A program made the position numbers and the translations under genes. Positions 12,187-24,176 of a stretch of DNA of 60,585 nt are shown here, piece by piece. Each line of letters begins with the position of its first letter. Within the stretch, counting starts at the first letter, position 1. The notes under the pieces were generated by a model. That model was given only the letters and a program-made list of their open reading frames with translations. It was not told the DNA's origin and searched no databases. The stretch lies in contig NC_068999.1 in the NCBI RefSeq assembly GCF_001194135.2, positions 29,809,435 to 29,870,019 on the forward strand. Direction: 5' to 3'. Origin of the DNA: Octopus bimaculoides. Lineage: Eukaryota.

Positions 12187-13346
12187 ATCACGCTGAGTAA
12201 AAAGTAAGCAACGTTTTGAAACATGAAATTCATCACAATATATTTCAACAATGCAGAAATTTTATTCATCAAAGCAAGTACCATTACCCTCAACACATTT
12301 TTGCCAACAAGTTACAAGTTTGTTTATTCCGGTAACATAAAAATCTGGAGTTCTGGAGCTAATGAACTCTTTGAATGCTCTTTCAGCATCGGTTTGGTTT
12401 TTGAACTCCTTCCCTTGCAAGAAACCTTCAAGGTGCTTGAAAAAGTGGTAGTCAGTAGGAGGAAGGTCAGGGGAATAAGCTAGGTTGGGAAGAACTTCAT
12501 AGCCAAGTTCCCTCAACTTCTGGAGCAGTTTTTTGTTCATTTTGGCAATTTCATGGCACTATATTTCTGCAGTAATGGTTTTTCTGGGTTTTAAGAAGTT
12601 TTGGTGGATGAGTCCAGCAGTACACCACCAAACAGTCACCATAACCTTCTTTTTGAAGAGCTCAGCTTTAGGGAAGGTTTTCAGTGCTTCATTTTGGGCC
12701 AACCAGTGTGAAGAATGTTTTTTATTATTGCACAGAATCAACTTTACGGTCAAGAAATGGATCGGTTTGGTTATGGAGAAGAAGCAATGAGCAAATTTCA
12801 TATCTGCACATTTTTTGATCATGTGGCACCCATTTGTTGAGATTCTTTGATTTTCTGATCGCATGCAGTTTTCTGGCTAACTTGAAGTTCTTTTGCCAAT
12901 TCTCGAGTGGTTTTATGTGGATCTTTCTTAATGACAGTCTTTAATTGACTGTCATCCATGACAGATGGGTGCCCACTATGCTCACGATTTTCAAGGCTCA
13001 GGTCTCCACTGCAAAATTGTTTAAAACATTTTCAAGCTGACCGCTCACTGGTCACTTCCTCACCAAACATTTTGTTGATATCGCGAGCAGTTTCAGCTAC
13101 TTTCCATCCTTTTTTGAAGTTGAATAGCAAAATTGCTCGAATATTGCACTTTGACAGTTCCATTTCAGATGATTGTAACAACAGTGAAAAAAATATCAAT
13201 GTTAATTTAGTGATTCATTTGGGCAAGTCTATGCCTGTATTATCAGACAATTGCAAAAAAATGTTCAAAAAGAAATTCAAAACTCAGCAAAAATCTGGTA
13301 CAAATTCTTCATGGTTCAAAACGTTGCTTACTTTTTACTCAACCTT
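12187..13346 (-). mobile_element. mariner (D,D34D-type) transposon, degenerate, both TIRs present
   Basis: ORFs 12262-12540 (YSPDLPPTDYHFFKHL...WQKCVEGNG) and 12559-12864 (KKVMVTVWW). Perfect 27-bp inverted repeat 12194-12220 / 13315-13341. Confidence 0.93.
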
Positions 13347-13521
13347 ATATAGATATATATATATATATATATTTATTTATTCTTTCATTTTAGTCTGTTT
13401 TTCCATGCTTGGTTTTCTTGATACTAATCCTTCCGAGGAAAGGCTAACACATTCACACACATGTATGTAAATGTATGCACCTGCATAGATGTATATATAA
13501 ATATGCGTATGTGTGTATGTA

Positions 13522-14052
13522 TGCAAGGCCTGATCAAAAAGTATCAGGACTGTTGCTATGGTAACAGAGCTAAAGTACACAGACTGAAGCTGCTTGGCAC
13601 AGATTGACCTTGAACTCTATTACACATGCACATAAAGTTATAACATTCTCACTCACTTACAATGTTTATAGCAGTGCTTGGACGTAAAGTGTGAAGAGTG
13701 CGATTATCTCAAGAAGACTGGGTTTCAGCTGTGCAGAATTTCCTTGTTTGCGGTGATGAAGTCAAAAACGTTCTGAAAATGGTCATATCAGATAATGAAT
13801 CATGGGTCTATAGCTATGACTCTGAAACAAAGACAAAAATTAAATCCCACTTAAAAGAAAGAATGTGACAAGACAGCTGCTCACTATCTCAAAAAAGGAG
13901 TTCCAGGAATGCTTCAATCAATGGAAACAGTGCTGGATAAACTGTGTGGCTTTAGAAGGGGACTACTGTGAAAGAGATTAAATGCCAACATGATAAGTGT
14001 TGTAGTTTTCTTTTTATAGCACCAACCCTAATACTTTTTAATTAGACCTCAT
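13522..14052 (+). mobile_element. Internally deleted mariner of a second family
   Basis: Imperfect TIRs (aggcctgatcaaaaagtatcagg / cctaatactttttaattagacct). Residual peptides ESWVYSYDSETK and FQECFNQWKQCW...EGDY. Confidence 0.8.
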
Positions 14053-14061
14053 ATGTGTGTG

Positions 14062-15880
14062 TGTGGCAATGTGGTAAGAAATTTGCTGCTCAACCACATG
14101 GGTCTAGGTTCAGTCCACTGCATGACACTTTGGGTAAGTATCTTCTACTATAGCCCCACTCTAACTAAAGCTTTGTGACTAGATTTGATAATGGAGACTA
14201 AAGAAGCCCAACATATCATTATCATCATTATTTCGTGAACATCGCGAAGCAATGAGTACTTTTCCCAGACATCATTTGTAGTTATGTGATCTCTGATGAC
14301 TATAAAGTCCGATTCTGGAGAGACAGATACATCTGCAGGTGGAGCAAGTAAATCCTTGCTGCTGTTGACTTCCAAGGTTCTGCACGTACCGCCAGGCATA
14401 GCGTGCCACTTCACTCTGCAGTAGATCTTCTTGGAGTTTGGTGGTGCCAGTCTTGTAAGCATTGTGCCAGCTAGTGCAATCTGCAACCACTGATTCGAGA
14501 CTGTCAGGAATGATATGACACTTTTTCAACATTGCCTTCAGGTGATCTTTAAAGCACTTGTGCTGGCCACTGACAGAGCATCTTCCATCTTCAAGTTGAC
14601 TGTACATAACAAGGCAGGCCAGACATGCCATGCCCATCTGAGTTGGTGGTTAGTGATTGTTACCTCCAATGGCTGGCTGTTTGTTCAGCCACATATCTCA
14701 GCATGAGGGATCCTGTTTCACCAGTGTAAGCCAAGGAGTTGTTGAAGGCGAGAGATATGAAGCTGTTCGAGCGTCTTGATATGGCACCAGTAGGACACCC
14801 AAGACTCACAGCCATATAGCAGGATTGAGACACAAACAGCATTATAGACAGACACTCTTGTTCTGATGTTTTTGTTGAGAAGGACGCAAGTACTTAGCCG
14901 ACCCAACGCAGCAGAGGCAAGATGAATACAGCGTTGAATATCATCTGTCAGATTGAGAGTGTTGTTGAGGACTGAGCCAAGGTACATGAATTAGTTTACA
15001 TTAACAATTGTCACATCTTCAACATGGAAGGAGAATGGGTTGGTGTCAGGGGCACAAGGCTGTTGGAGGATTTCCATATTGATGACTAGGCCAGCATGGC
15101 TGTATGCATCTGACATGTGGTCCAAGAGCCTTTGAAGGCCAGCAGAGCTATGGCTGACAAGTGCCGTATTATCTGTATATTGCAACTCAAACATGTGTTG
15201 AGATGGCATCTTTGCTTCAGGCACCTCAGATTGAAAATACTGCCATCCAGCCGGTATCTGATAGTTATTGCATCTTTCAGCTTGAATGAATGCCTGGCGT
15301 GGAGGGCTATAGCTGCCATGTAGAAGTTGAAGATGACCAGGGCAAGTACACATCCTTGCTTGACACTGACTTGAACCAGGAAGAAGTCAGACTGGGTGCC
15401 ATTATAGATGACTCTACCGATCACTGTTGTGGAAGTCCTTCAGAATGGCAAGAAAATTTGGTAGGCAGCCAAATTTTTGTCAGGATTTCCCACAAAACAT
15501 CACGGTCAATGGTGTCAAAGGCTGTGGTTAAGTCTATAAAAACCATGTAAAAGGAGTGGTTTTGCTCACGGCATTTCTCCTGGAGAAGATGTGAGACAAA
15601 GATCATGTCAACAGTTGAGCGGGCACTTCGGAAACCACATTGTGACTAGATTTGATAATGGAAGCTAAAGAAGCCCATCATATATATATATACCTATGTG
15701 ACTGTGTTTGCTCCTCATCACCACTTGGTTTGTTTATGTCCTTGTAACTTAGCAGTTCAGCAAAAGTGCCTGATAGAATGAGTAGTAAGCTTCAAAATAT
15801 AAGTACCGGGGTTGATTTGTTCAACTAAAACCGCTATATTATATACCCACAGTCAAATGACTAATACAAATAAAAGATGG
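14062..15880 (+). mobile_element. One tRNA-headed SINE split in two (14062-14216 and 15640-15880) by a LINE insertion
   Basis: The head lies left of the LINE and the (TA)n plus tail lies right of it. A 44-bp segment is duplicated at both junctions. Confidence 0.85.
14217..15639 (-). mobile_element. RTE/BovB-like LINE 3' portion (RT motifs, C-terminal C2H2-like finger, (GAT/AAT)n tail)
   Basis: FIDLTTAFDTI, VKQGCVLA, FNLRCLK, ELQYTDN (YADD equivalent), YLGS, ILLYGCESW, and terminal FTCSTCRCICLSRIGLYSHQRSH. Confidence 0.92.
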
Positions 15881-16089
15881 AACATAATACACACACATAC
15901 ATGTACTGACATGGATAGGTAATGAGCAAGTGACTTCTATTATAATCCAATGTCAATCAAAGCCTTGTGAAAAGATTTGGTAAATGGAAACTGGAAGAAG
16001 CCCATCATATATATGTATGTAGGTAGGTAAATAAGTAGGTACGTACATGTGTAAATTGTGATATGGCTATTGTTCACAACAGAAAATAT

Positions 16090-16250
16090 GCAACCTGTGG
16101 AAAGGTGTGCCTTTCAGTTGGAGGATTGAAAAGGCAATTTAAGAGTTCATACTATGGTACCTGTTCCTTCTGCCAGCCAGCATAGCTGTGCATTATGCAA
16201 CAGAATGTGTAAATCTTTTGCTGGGCTCAAGAGTCATACAAGGGCCTCAC
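16090..16250 (+). pseudogene. Two decayed C2H2-type fingers, probably the 3' end of a LINE ORF2
   Basis: Manual translation gives TCGKVCLSVGGLKRQ and, in another frame, SCALCNRMCKSFAGLKSHTRA. The C-x-S-x2-GL-x2-H pattern matches the LINE finger at 14290-14350. Confidence 0.6.
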
Positions 16251-16529
16251 ACTGCATCATTTATGACTCATTTCAGTGATTTTTTCTAGCAATGGCTTTG
16301 CTCGTATATGAGGAAGCAGCTAGTATGTATACACAAAAACATACATAGATACATATGTGTATATATAAACCATAAACATCAAGAGGTATGAGAGGTGAAA
16401 ATATTTAACCACATGACATCCTTAAGATTATGACCATTCTACAACCTTGTTCATGTAGTATTAATTTCAGTGGGGTACAAATTATGCTTACATGTTTACA
16501 TAAATATATAAGTTTGGCATTATGCAATA

Positions 16530-17405
16530 TGAGGGGGTACCCAAAAGAAACCAGAATTTTGCAATACTTTTTATTCACTTAGTTTTACATGTTTACATTT
16601 CTATTGCCCCCAAAGTATTCTCCATGTGAAGAAGTGCATTGGTCTAGACAAATTTCCTACTGTTCAATGCAGTCCTCGAACTCTTGTGAAGTGATACCTT
16701 TTAACATCTCTATCGTTTTTCCTTCATCAGCAAATTCCATAATAATAGCTTTCGTCACCAGTGACGACCTTCGAAAAAAGGTCCAGATCAACTTCCAACT
16801 GTTTCAGTTCATGACACGCATTCAGTCATGACTGCTTTTGATCTTCTGTGAGCAAGTGAGCCACAAGTTTTGCTGCAGCTCATTCCCAATTCCTCACACA
16901 AAATTTGTTAGCATGAGCTCCAGGACTAGTCATGCCAACAAGTTCATCAATTGTTTGGCAACAGTCCCCCAAGATCAGTTCATAAATTTGCATGTTTTCA
17001 TTTGTTCAGGTGGTTGACAGTCATCCTGAATGAAGTTGATCTTCAAGCGACAAGTGACCATTCCTAAAGCGTAAAAACCAGTTGTAAGCTTGTGTTTTGC
17101 TCATGGCAGCATCCTTGTAAACTGTTTGAAGCATGACAACTGTTTTGGTTGCTATTTACCCCAACAGAAAACAGAATTTCACTGAAGCATGCTGGTCTTT
17201 TGTTTCAACCATCGCAAAAATTGACAAACAGGGGAGAAGCACTGCAAAACAAAACGCACCAAATGGCAGTATGACTTTACTGGATGACACTGGTTGGCAG
17301 ACTGATGCCTATGGGTGGCATCAAGTGGCTTCTAGCAGTGGAAGCCTAACTACAACAGGCTTGTCCCACAGAGACTGTTTCTGGTTACTTTTGGGTACTT
17401 GCTCA
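16530..17405 (-). mobile_element. Non-autonomous mariner deletion derivative (876 bp), TA TSD
   Basis: TIRs tgagggggtacccaaaagaaaccaga / tctggttacttttgggtacttgctca, each flanked by TA (16528-29, 17406-07). Paralogous to 34658-35503. Confidence 0.88.
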
Positions 17406-18585
17406 TATAATTATATAATCACAAATCAATGGAAATAAAGGAAGCTAGCTCATCAGGTCACCAGAACATCGTGGTTATACCAATGATCCAATTCATGTGT
17501 TTGTTTTACAATCTCCTTGCCTTGATATTGGGCAATAGTTGTGTCACTGGCATGTAAGAGGTGTTCTTAGTTTCCAATCTTCCATGTAATATCTAGGCAA
17601 GGTGAAATATTTCTTTACTTGGAAATAGGTGAGGACTGTGATAGAAATGGCATACAGCTATACAAAATCTGTTTGATCCATGTGAGTATGTAAAAATGGA
17701 TGTTCCATATATGTATGTTAATACTGGACAGTGAGAATGAGTGTTCAACATCACATTGGTGGATAAATATTCTTTATCTATGGGTTAACAAGGCTACATA
17801 TAATTTCATATGAAGAGAGATCTCTTTATAATTTTCAAGTGTACCACATGAGAATGTTGGTACAGTTGAAAATTGCCTCCATTTTGGATGAGAATACATG
17901 AAATTACACAAGACTAAGGGATTTCAAAATAAATAATTAAATATTTAGTTAAAAAAATTAAATATCACATGATCAACTGTGAATGTTTTAAATATTAGGA
18001 ATGAAATCTTCTCCCCTTGCATGCACAGGTAACAATACATACTTTGAACTGTCAAGCATGACCCCTAAACTTTGTCACCCCTCCAACATGGATAAGTTTT
18101 TCTTTGGACAGCAATTATATGCACATTATGCATTATATGTATACTATGCATTAAAGACAGATGCTCCCACAAACTTATCTAGATTCCCTTACTATACAGA
18201 TATACGTGCATAGTACACATTTATGATATCACATGGTTCACAAAAAAGCATATATATGAATTAACAATCCCATGGACCATGTCTGACATAAAAAATCTGT
18301 GAAATTTCACAATTATGTGCACATATTAAAACATGAACAAAACACACAATGCTAATGTAGGTGTGTGTGTCTATGTATATTTTGTAAGGATGTGTATGTG
18401 TACATATATGTGTATTTATATTTATAAATTTGAACATACACGAGCGTTCCCACATAGGATGATTAGAGAATCAATTAATCCATGGTGAATGCAGTTTCTA
18501 GCAAAAATCTGGGGCTAATGAGCTGCATATTTATTTATTTCGCTAACATGAAACTGTTGGTAGCCTTGTTAACCCACAAATAAAG

Positions 18586-18616
<31 letters not shown>

Positions 18617-18673
18617 CGTTTTGGGATTTGGTTTGCAAGATTCTTTATGTGAGTTTGTGTGTTGAAGCATATT

Positions 18674-18831
18674 CTGTTGTGTCTGGGGAGAGTAATTTTC
18701 TTTTCGTGTCATATAATTTAACACACTCACCAGTAAAATTTCCACTTATTTCTTATTTTCCTAAAATGTTACCAGTAATTGTGTTAAATTATATGGTACA
18801 AAAAGAAAATGACTCTCCCCAGAGACAACAG
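18674..18831. repeat. Fold-back repeat, 52-bp arms (18674-18725 / 18780-18831), between two (TA)n tracts
   Basis: ctgttgtgtctggggagagtaattttcttttcgtgtcatataatttaacaca versus its reverse complement, about 5 mismatches. Confidence 0.88.
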
Positions 18832-18880
<49 letters not shown>

Positions 18881-19084
18881 CAAATAATAAATGAGTATAT
18901 GCATATATACGTACATACCTACATCTACATGTATATATAGATGCATATCTGGGTACAGGGCATCTGGGTATTGGAAGGTTTGGAGGTGATGTACAGGAAT
19001 TATATTATAGAAAAAAATTAAGGTACTCAGAAATCTGGATGGTTGTACATTTACAGATTTTTATTAATATGTCACATGTTCTCT

Positions 19085-19138
19085 AAATCATATAAAGCGC
19101 TTTTCACCTAGTCTTGTAGGATTTTCAAATTTTGATTT
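19085..19138 (-). ncRNA. Putative degenerate minimal type I hammerhead ribozyme (U3-A8 core variant)
   Basis: Minus strand: AAAUCAAAAU-UUGAAAA-UCCUA caagac UAGGU-GAA-AAGCGCUU-U-AUAUGAUUU. Stem I, stem II and a palindromic stem III are identifiable; the 10.1-11.1 pair is U.U. Confidence 0.45.
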
Positions 19139-19194
19139 CACCTTCTGATGCCATCTCTTTTTATAGTTTTATTGAGTGTGTAGGGGTGGAGAGA

Positions 19195-19552
19195 GAGATA
19201 TATAGGATAGTAAGAGAGGGTGAGGAATGGAGGGAAAAGTGTGAGAGAGAGAGAGAGAGTGTGTGTGTGTGTGTGTGTGTGAGTGTTTTTGTGTTGGTGT
19301 GTGTCTCTGTGTGAGTGCGTGTGTGTGTGTGTGTGTGCCTGTGTATCTGAAAGGAGTGTCAATGGGAAAGAGAAAAGAAGAAAATTGTGTTTACAGCTGG
19401 TCAGTTCTTTCAATGCTAAGTTTATTCTTGGCCTTTTAAAGAAATGGCAAAACCAGGTGGCATTGTTTTGAAGAATGTTGTTTTTCAAAAAGAATCTTTG
19501 GTGTCATTGTCCAGTGGGAGAGAGTGTCTGGGTGCGTTTTTGTGTTTTATAT

Positions 19553-19591
<39 letters not shown>

Positions 19592-19606
19592 TACATACAT
19601 ATATAT

Positions 19607-19648
<42 letters not shown>

Positions 19649-19650
19649 GG
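19195..19650. repeat. Compound microsatellite region: (GA)n, (GT)n, (TA/CA)n
   Basis: Read directly. It generates the spurious YIYI/CVCV ORFs. Confidence 0.95.
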
Positions 19651-20654
19651 TGGCAGCTGATGAAGGAAATGTTCTCTATGTGGTCTGTGTTTTCTGTACC
19701 TTGTTTATCCTTTTGTCCATGTTTTTTTGCAACGTCAAGTACCCAGATATACATCTATATATACATGCAGACGAAGGTACATATATATGCATATACTCAT
19801 ATACTATTTATATTACACGATCGAACGCACGTGTTACCCTTGCAAGTAAGTTTTGAACTTTATTTTTCTGATGGTACTCTTTCTATCTTTGCATCTATCT
19901 CCCCCTCTCATTCTTCCTTCTACTGTTCTTCGCCTCTCCCCTTCTACTATATCTCTCCCTGTCTCTCGTTGCTCACTTATATTCTACTTCATCCCCCTTT
20001 TCTCCCTCTACCACTCTTTCTCCCTATCCCTCATTGGTCACATGTGTCCAGCTACTAATTCTTTTCATATCTTGGCCTCGCCAAGCAAACACACGTACAT
20101 TCCTTGTCCTGTTTCCTTCCAGTTTGTGCTTCACAGCGTTCAGTATACACATACTTTTTCACGTCTGGCCATATAGCCTTTTTGGTTTGTTTATTTCACT
20201 TTTTCATTTTCCTGTCTTGTTTTCCGTCCGCCACTATTCCTCCATGGAACAAATTTAATTTGTGTCTGTGGGAAGAGCCATTGTANNNNNNNNNNNNNNN
20301 NNNNNNNNNNNNNNNNNNNNNNNNNNNNNNNNNNNNNNNNNNNNNNNNNNNNNNNNNNNNNNNNNNNNNNNNNNNNNNNNNNNNNTGAAATTTAGGATTT
20401 CTCAGTTTTCTATGAATCGATTTTCATAAAACTTTTCCCATCTGGTTTGCACACTATGGCAATACCATCGTCATGTTTTCCTTATTCTGTGTAACATCCT
20501 TTCTTTTTTATTTCAGATTTTGAGTGAACCATGCTAATAGTCTCTCCTCCCTAAAAACAATGGGACGTGGAAAAGGCCCTAATTATGAAGAAAAGTTCTG
20601 TCATCATCAAGGAAAGTGTTAAAGACAGGTCATTGCACAGAAGTTAGGTCATCA

Positions 20655-22065
20655 TGTCATCACATGATCATCTTGGTCCATTGTCATTTCCTGTGTCCTC
20701 ACCACTTCATCCCCTGTCTTTCTGGGTCTCCCTCTTCCACAAGCACCATCCACTTTCAGTGACAGGCACTTCTGTATAAAGCTGTCTTCACTCATATGCA
20801 TCACATGTCCACACCAATACATTCTCCTCTCCTGCATGCCACATTTAATCCCCCTTATACCTAACTTCTTTCTCAACACAATTGTGCTTTGACGTTCATG
20901 CACACTGATGTTGCAAATCTAACGGAGCATACTATGCTCATTCCTCTCCAGTAAGAGCCCATGTCTCACTACCATGTAATATAGCCATTCTCACACAAGC
21001 ATCATACAATCTATCTTTCATTCTGAGAGAGAGTCCTTTTGTTGCCAACAGAGGTAGTAGTTCTCAGAACTTTCTCCATCTTATTCCAGAAACACTACTT
21101 TCAGAGCATCCACCACCGTTAGTAATTTGATCACCTAAAAAACAGAAACTATCTACCTGGGCATTAGGGAGTGTGTTTGAGTTCCTTGTGCCCTTAGTAC
21201 TTATTGTTCCTGTGCATCTGCCACACATGAAAGCGACCTTATCTGTTAACCTACCTGTGATTCCATTGCATCTCATGTGTCCATAGCTTACACTTGGTGC
21301 AGCAAATGGAATTAAGTTCCACTCCTTTCCTACAAATTGTGCAGGGCCATTTACCTGACTGAAAGAGAGTTTTATCTGCTTTCTTGTTAACAACTTCAGT
21401 CTTTGCTAAGTTAACTTTAAGGCCCTTTGACTCCAGGTTTTGCTTCCAAACCTGGAACCTCTTCTTGAATTCTACTTCAGATTCTGCAATAACAGCAAGA
21501 TCATCAGCATATAGCAGTTCCTATGAGCATCCAGTTTTGAATTCCTCTGTTATGGCCTGGAGAACTATGATGAATAAGTGTGGACTAAGAATTGACCTCT
21601 GATGAACTCCAACTTGTACACTAAATTCATCACTGTATTCAAGGCTGACTCTCACCTTACTGACAGCATCGCTGTACATGGCTTGTACAGCTCTAACAAG
21701 CCACTTATCTACTCTTAGCTTCCTTAGAGACTACCAGATAAGAGAACAGGGAACTCTGCTGAATGCTTTCTCCAGGTCGATGAAGGCTAAGTACAATGGT
21801 TTACTTTTGGCCAAATACTTCTTTTGCAACCGTCTCACTAGTATCTGTGGTACTTCTCCATGGAACAAAACCAAACTGCATCTCATCTAGTTTAAGTCTA
21901 TCCCTAATCAGTTGAGATATAACTCTCTCTGTAATTTTCATGACTTGGTCCAGCAGTTTGATACCTCTGTAGTTGTCTCTGTCTAAGGCATCACCTTTAA
22001 CCTTGTAGCAGCTATAATACTACTACACCAGTCTCTGGGGATGCGGCTTTCCTGAGTAACATGAA
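20655..22065 (-). mobile_element. RTE LINE RT fragment, diverged subfamily, with intact YADD and PHD-like insert
   Basis: Reverse strand encodes ELLYADDLAV (around 21490-21520), GVHQRSILSP, FIDLEKAFS, GKWPCTICRKG...CGRCTG and GRGRPRKT. Confidence 0.9.
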
Positions 22066-22739
22066 TAATGGGCATAAATAGCAGAATTTTGAGTCAGGAC
22101 ACCCAAATAATTGGCTTTGCTCTGTTTTAATGGGGATTTTTCCAATTTTTTTTTTCACCGTGACCTTGGAAATGATGGGAGAAGGCCTTTTGATAAAAAA
22201 AAAAAAATGAAAGAAAAAAATGTGTGATTTAAGGGAGATTTAGCTGTTGATTCCAGAACATCTCATGACCACCCAGTACTTTTCTCATTTCTATATCACT
22301 CTGACAGGCATTGATGTTTTCAATATTTTTCTCCAAATATACACATTTTTTGGATTGATGATGCAGAAGTAACACATGGGTTTTGTTTAACCCAAGTGTT
22401 ACTTCCCTTGCTGGGATTTAAGCAACCAAAAATAAATTTTGTAATTCAAATTTTTACCCCCTACTCTGCATCAATGATATTTGGATAATTTTTTGTTCTT
22501 TGGTGAAAGAAAATCAAAGCATGATATCAAACTTTAAAATAATTTTAAAACTGACAAAACATAATTATCTGACATTAAACAAACATAAATGTACATATAA
22601 CTTTTTCTTACTGGAATTGCACTCCAAACTGCAAACCTGATACAAGAATGTTTCATTTCATTAAAGCCATAACCTAGTTCTGTGGAAAATGTATGACAAG
22701 TCTGCACCTGTTGCCATGTATGTAATAAGATTAAACAAA

Positions 22740-23425
22740 ACAGGTAGACAGCCTTGCTTGAAAAGGTGTAGGTAGAAACTCCATATGATGTACCCAGTGT
22801 AAGCCAGGGACACATAAGTGATGCAACAATATCAAAGGAAGGTTAACTGGGAAGATAGTTTTTCTGTATGGCAGATGCACAGGAGCAATAAACACTGAAG
22901 ATGTACAGAAAACAGATTTCATCATATGCCAGGGGAAAAAACTAGAAGTAGTTGATAGCTTCCATTACCTAGGTGACCAAGTCAGTAGCTGGGGTGGATG
23001 CTCTAAGAACGTAGCTGCTAGAATAAGAATAACCTAGACAAAGTTCAAAGACCTCCTACCTCTGCTGGTAACAAAGGGCCTCTCGCTCAGAGTGAAAGGT
23101 GGACTGTATGATGCCTGTGTGCGAACAGACATGCTACACGGCAATGAAACATGGGCTGTGACTGCTGAGGACATGCATAGGCTTGAAAGAAATGAAGCCG
23201 GTATGCATGTATGATGTCAGTGTACATACACGACAGAGTGTAAGTGCCCTGAGAGAAAAGTTGGACATAAGAAGTATCAGGTGTGGTGTGCAAGAAAGAC
23301 AACCGTGCTGGTATGGTCATGGGTTGCGTATGAATGAGTACTGTGGAGGGAACCTGTGGAAGAGGTAGACTCAGGAAGACATGGGATGAAGTGGTGAAGC
23401 ACGATCTTTGAACAGTGGGCCTCAC
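22740..23425 (+). mobile_element. RTE LINE 3' ORF2 fragment, starting in the PHD-like insert
   Basis: Colinear with 11090-11790. Confidence 0.9.
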
Positions 23426-23429
23426 ACAA

Positions 23430-23800
23430 TTGTCAGTAATCATACTATTTCCATTTCTCTCAGCCAATATTTTTACATTAGCCTTCTTTCGAACTCTAGA
23501 TAATGCAACATACAGCTGACCATGTGAGAAGAATTGTGTCGGAAAGCCTGTCCCTGTGCCTTGTTATACGTCAATGCAAAAGCTGGCTAGACAGGAAATA
23601 GTTTGCATGTAAATGTGAATGGAAATGCCATTTCTTGAGATACATGTGGTATTCTTGGGATTAGCAGAGTTGATCCTGCATAAGGACCAGAAGCAACCAC
23701 AGCCTCAATAACATGATCATGTAAACTGACAATGATGTAGCGTGTGGCATTGCAATGTCCATTAGTAACATCTAAATTTCTCAGACCCATTATGCATCAT
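23430..23800 (-). pseudogene. Helitron PIF1-like helicase C-terminal fragment
   Basis: ORF 23587-23790 LRNLDVTNGHCNATR...LIPRIP...FPF...FPV, continuing by manual translation as PAFALTYNKAQGQ and FSHGQLYVALSRV (helicase motifs V and VI). Confidence 0.9.
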
Positions 23801-23929
23801 TGAAAGCGCATTAAAAACAATCTTGTTTAGTGTGCTAGAAATAGCAGTGGTCACAGAGTTATTAATGTAAGGAATAAAGCATTCCTAGTAGCCATACCAA
23901 CAAAATCACTTCTTCATTATAAAAAAAAA

Positions 23930-24176
23930 TATATTAAAGAAATTTCATTTTATCAAAAATATTCATTTAACAAACTCTGGAAACTGATAATATTCATGAA
24001 ATTGTGCCTCATATCAAAGTTATACAGCTATTTTGTGTAAGAGAATACATTTATTCAACACAAAATCACTTAAAAATTATACTGGTATATTAAAAAAATT
24101 TTCATCTTATCAAAAATATTCATTTAACAAATTCCGAAAACTGATAATATTCTTGAAACTGTGTCTCGTATTAAAT
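23930..24176. repeat. Direct repeat of about 90 bp (23930-24020 / 24086-24176)
   Basis: atattaaa..aatttcat.ttatcaaaaatattcatttaacaaa...gaaactgataatattc.tgaaa occurs twice, about 156 bp apart. Confidence 0.8.

Noticed and set aside
19657-19700. CUGAUGA-A-GG motif suggesting a third hammerhead
   Set aside because: No stem II-GAAA follows and no stem I partner was found.
19132-20388. Cluster of overlapping ORFs (YIYIY, CVCVC, THTHT)
   Set aside because: These are translations of microsatellites and low-complexity pyrimidine tracts.
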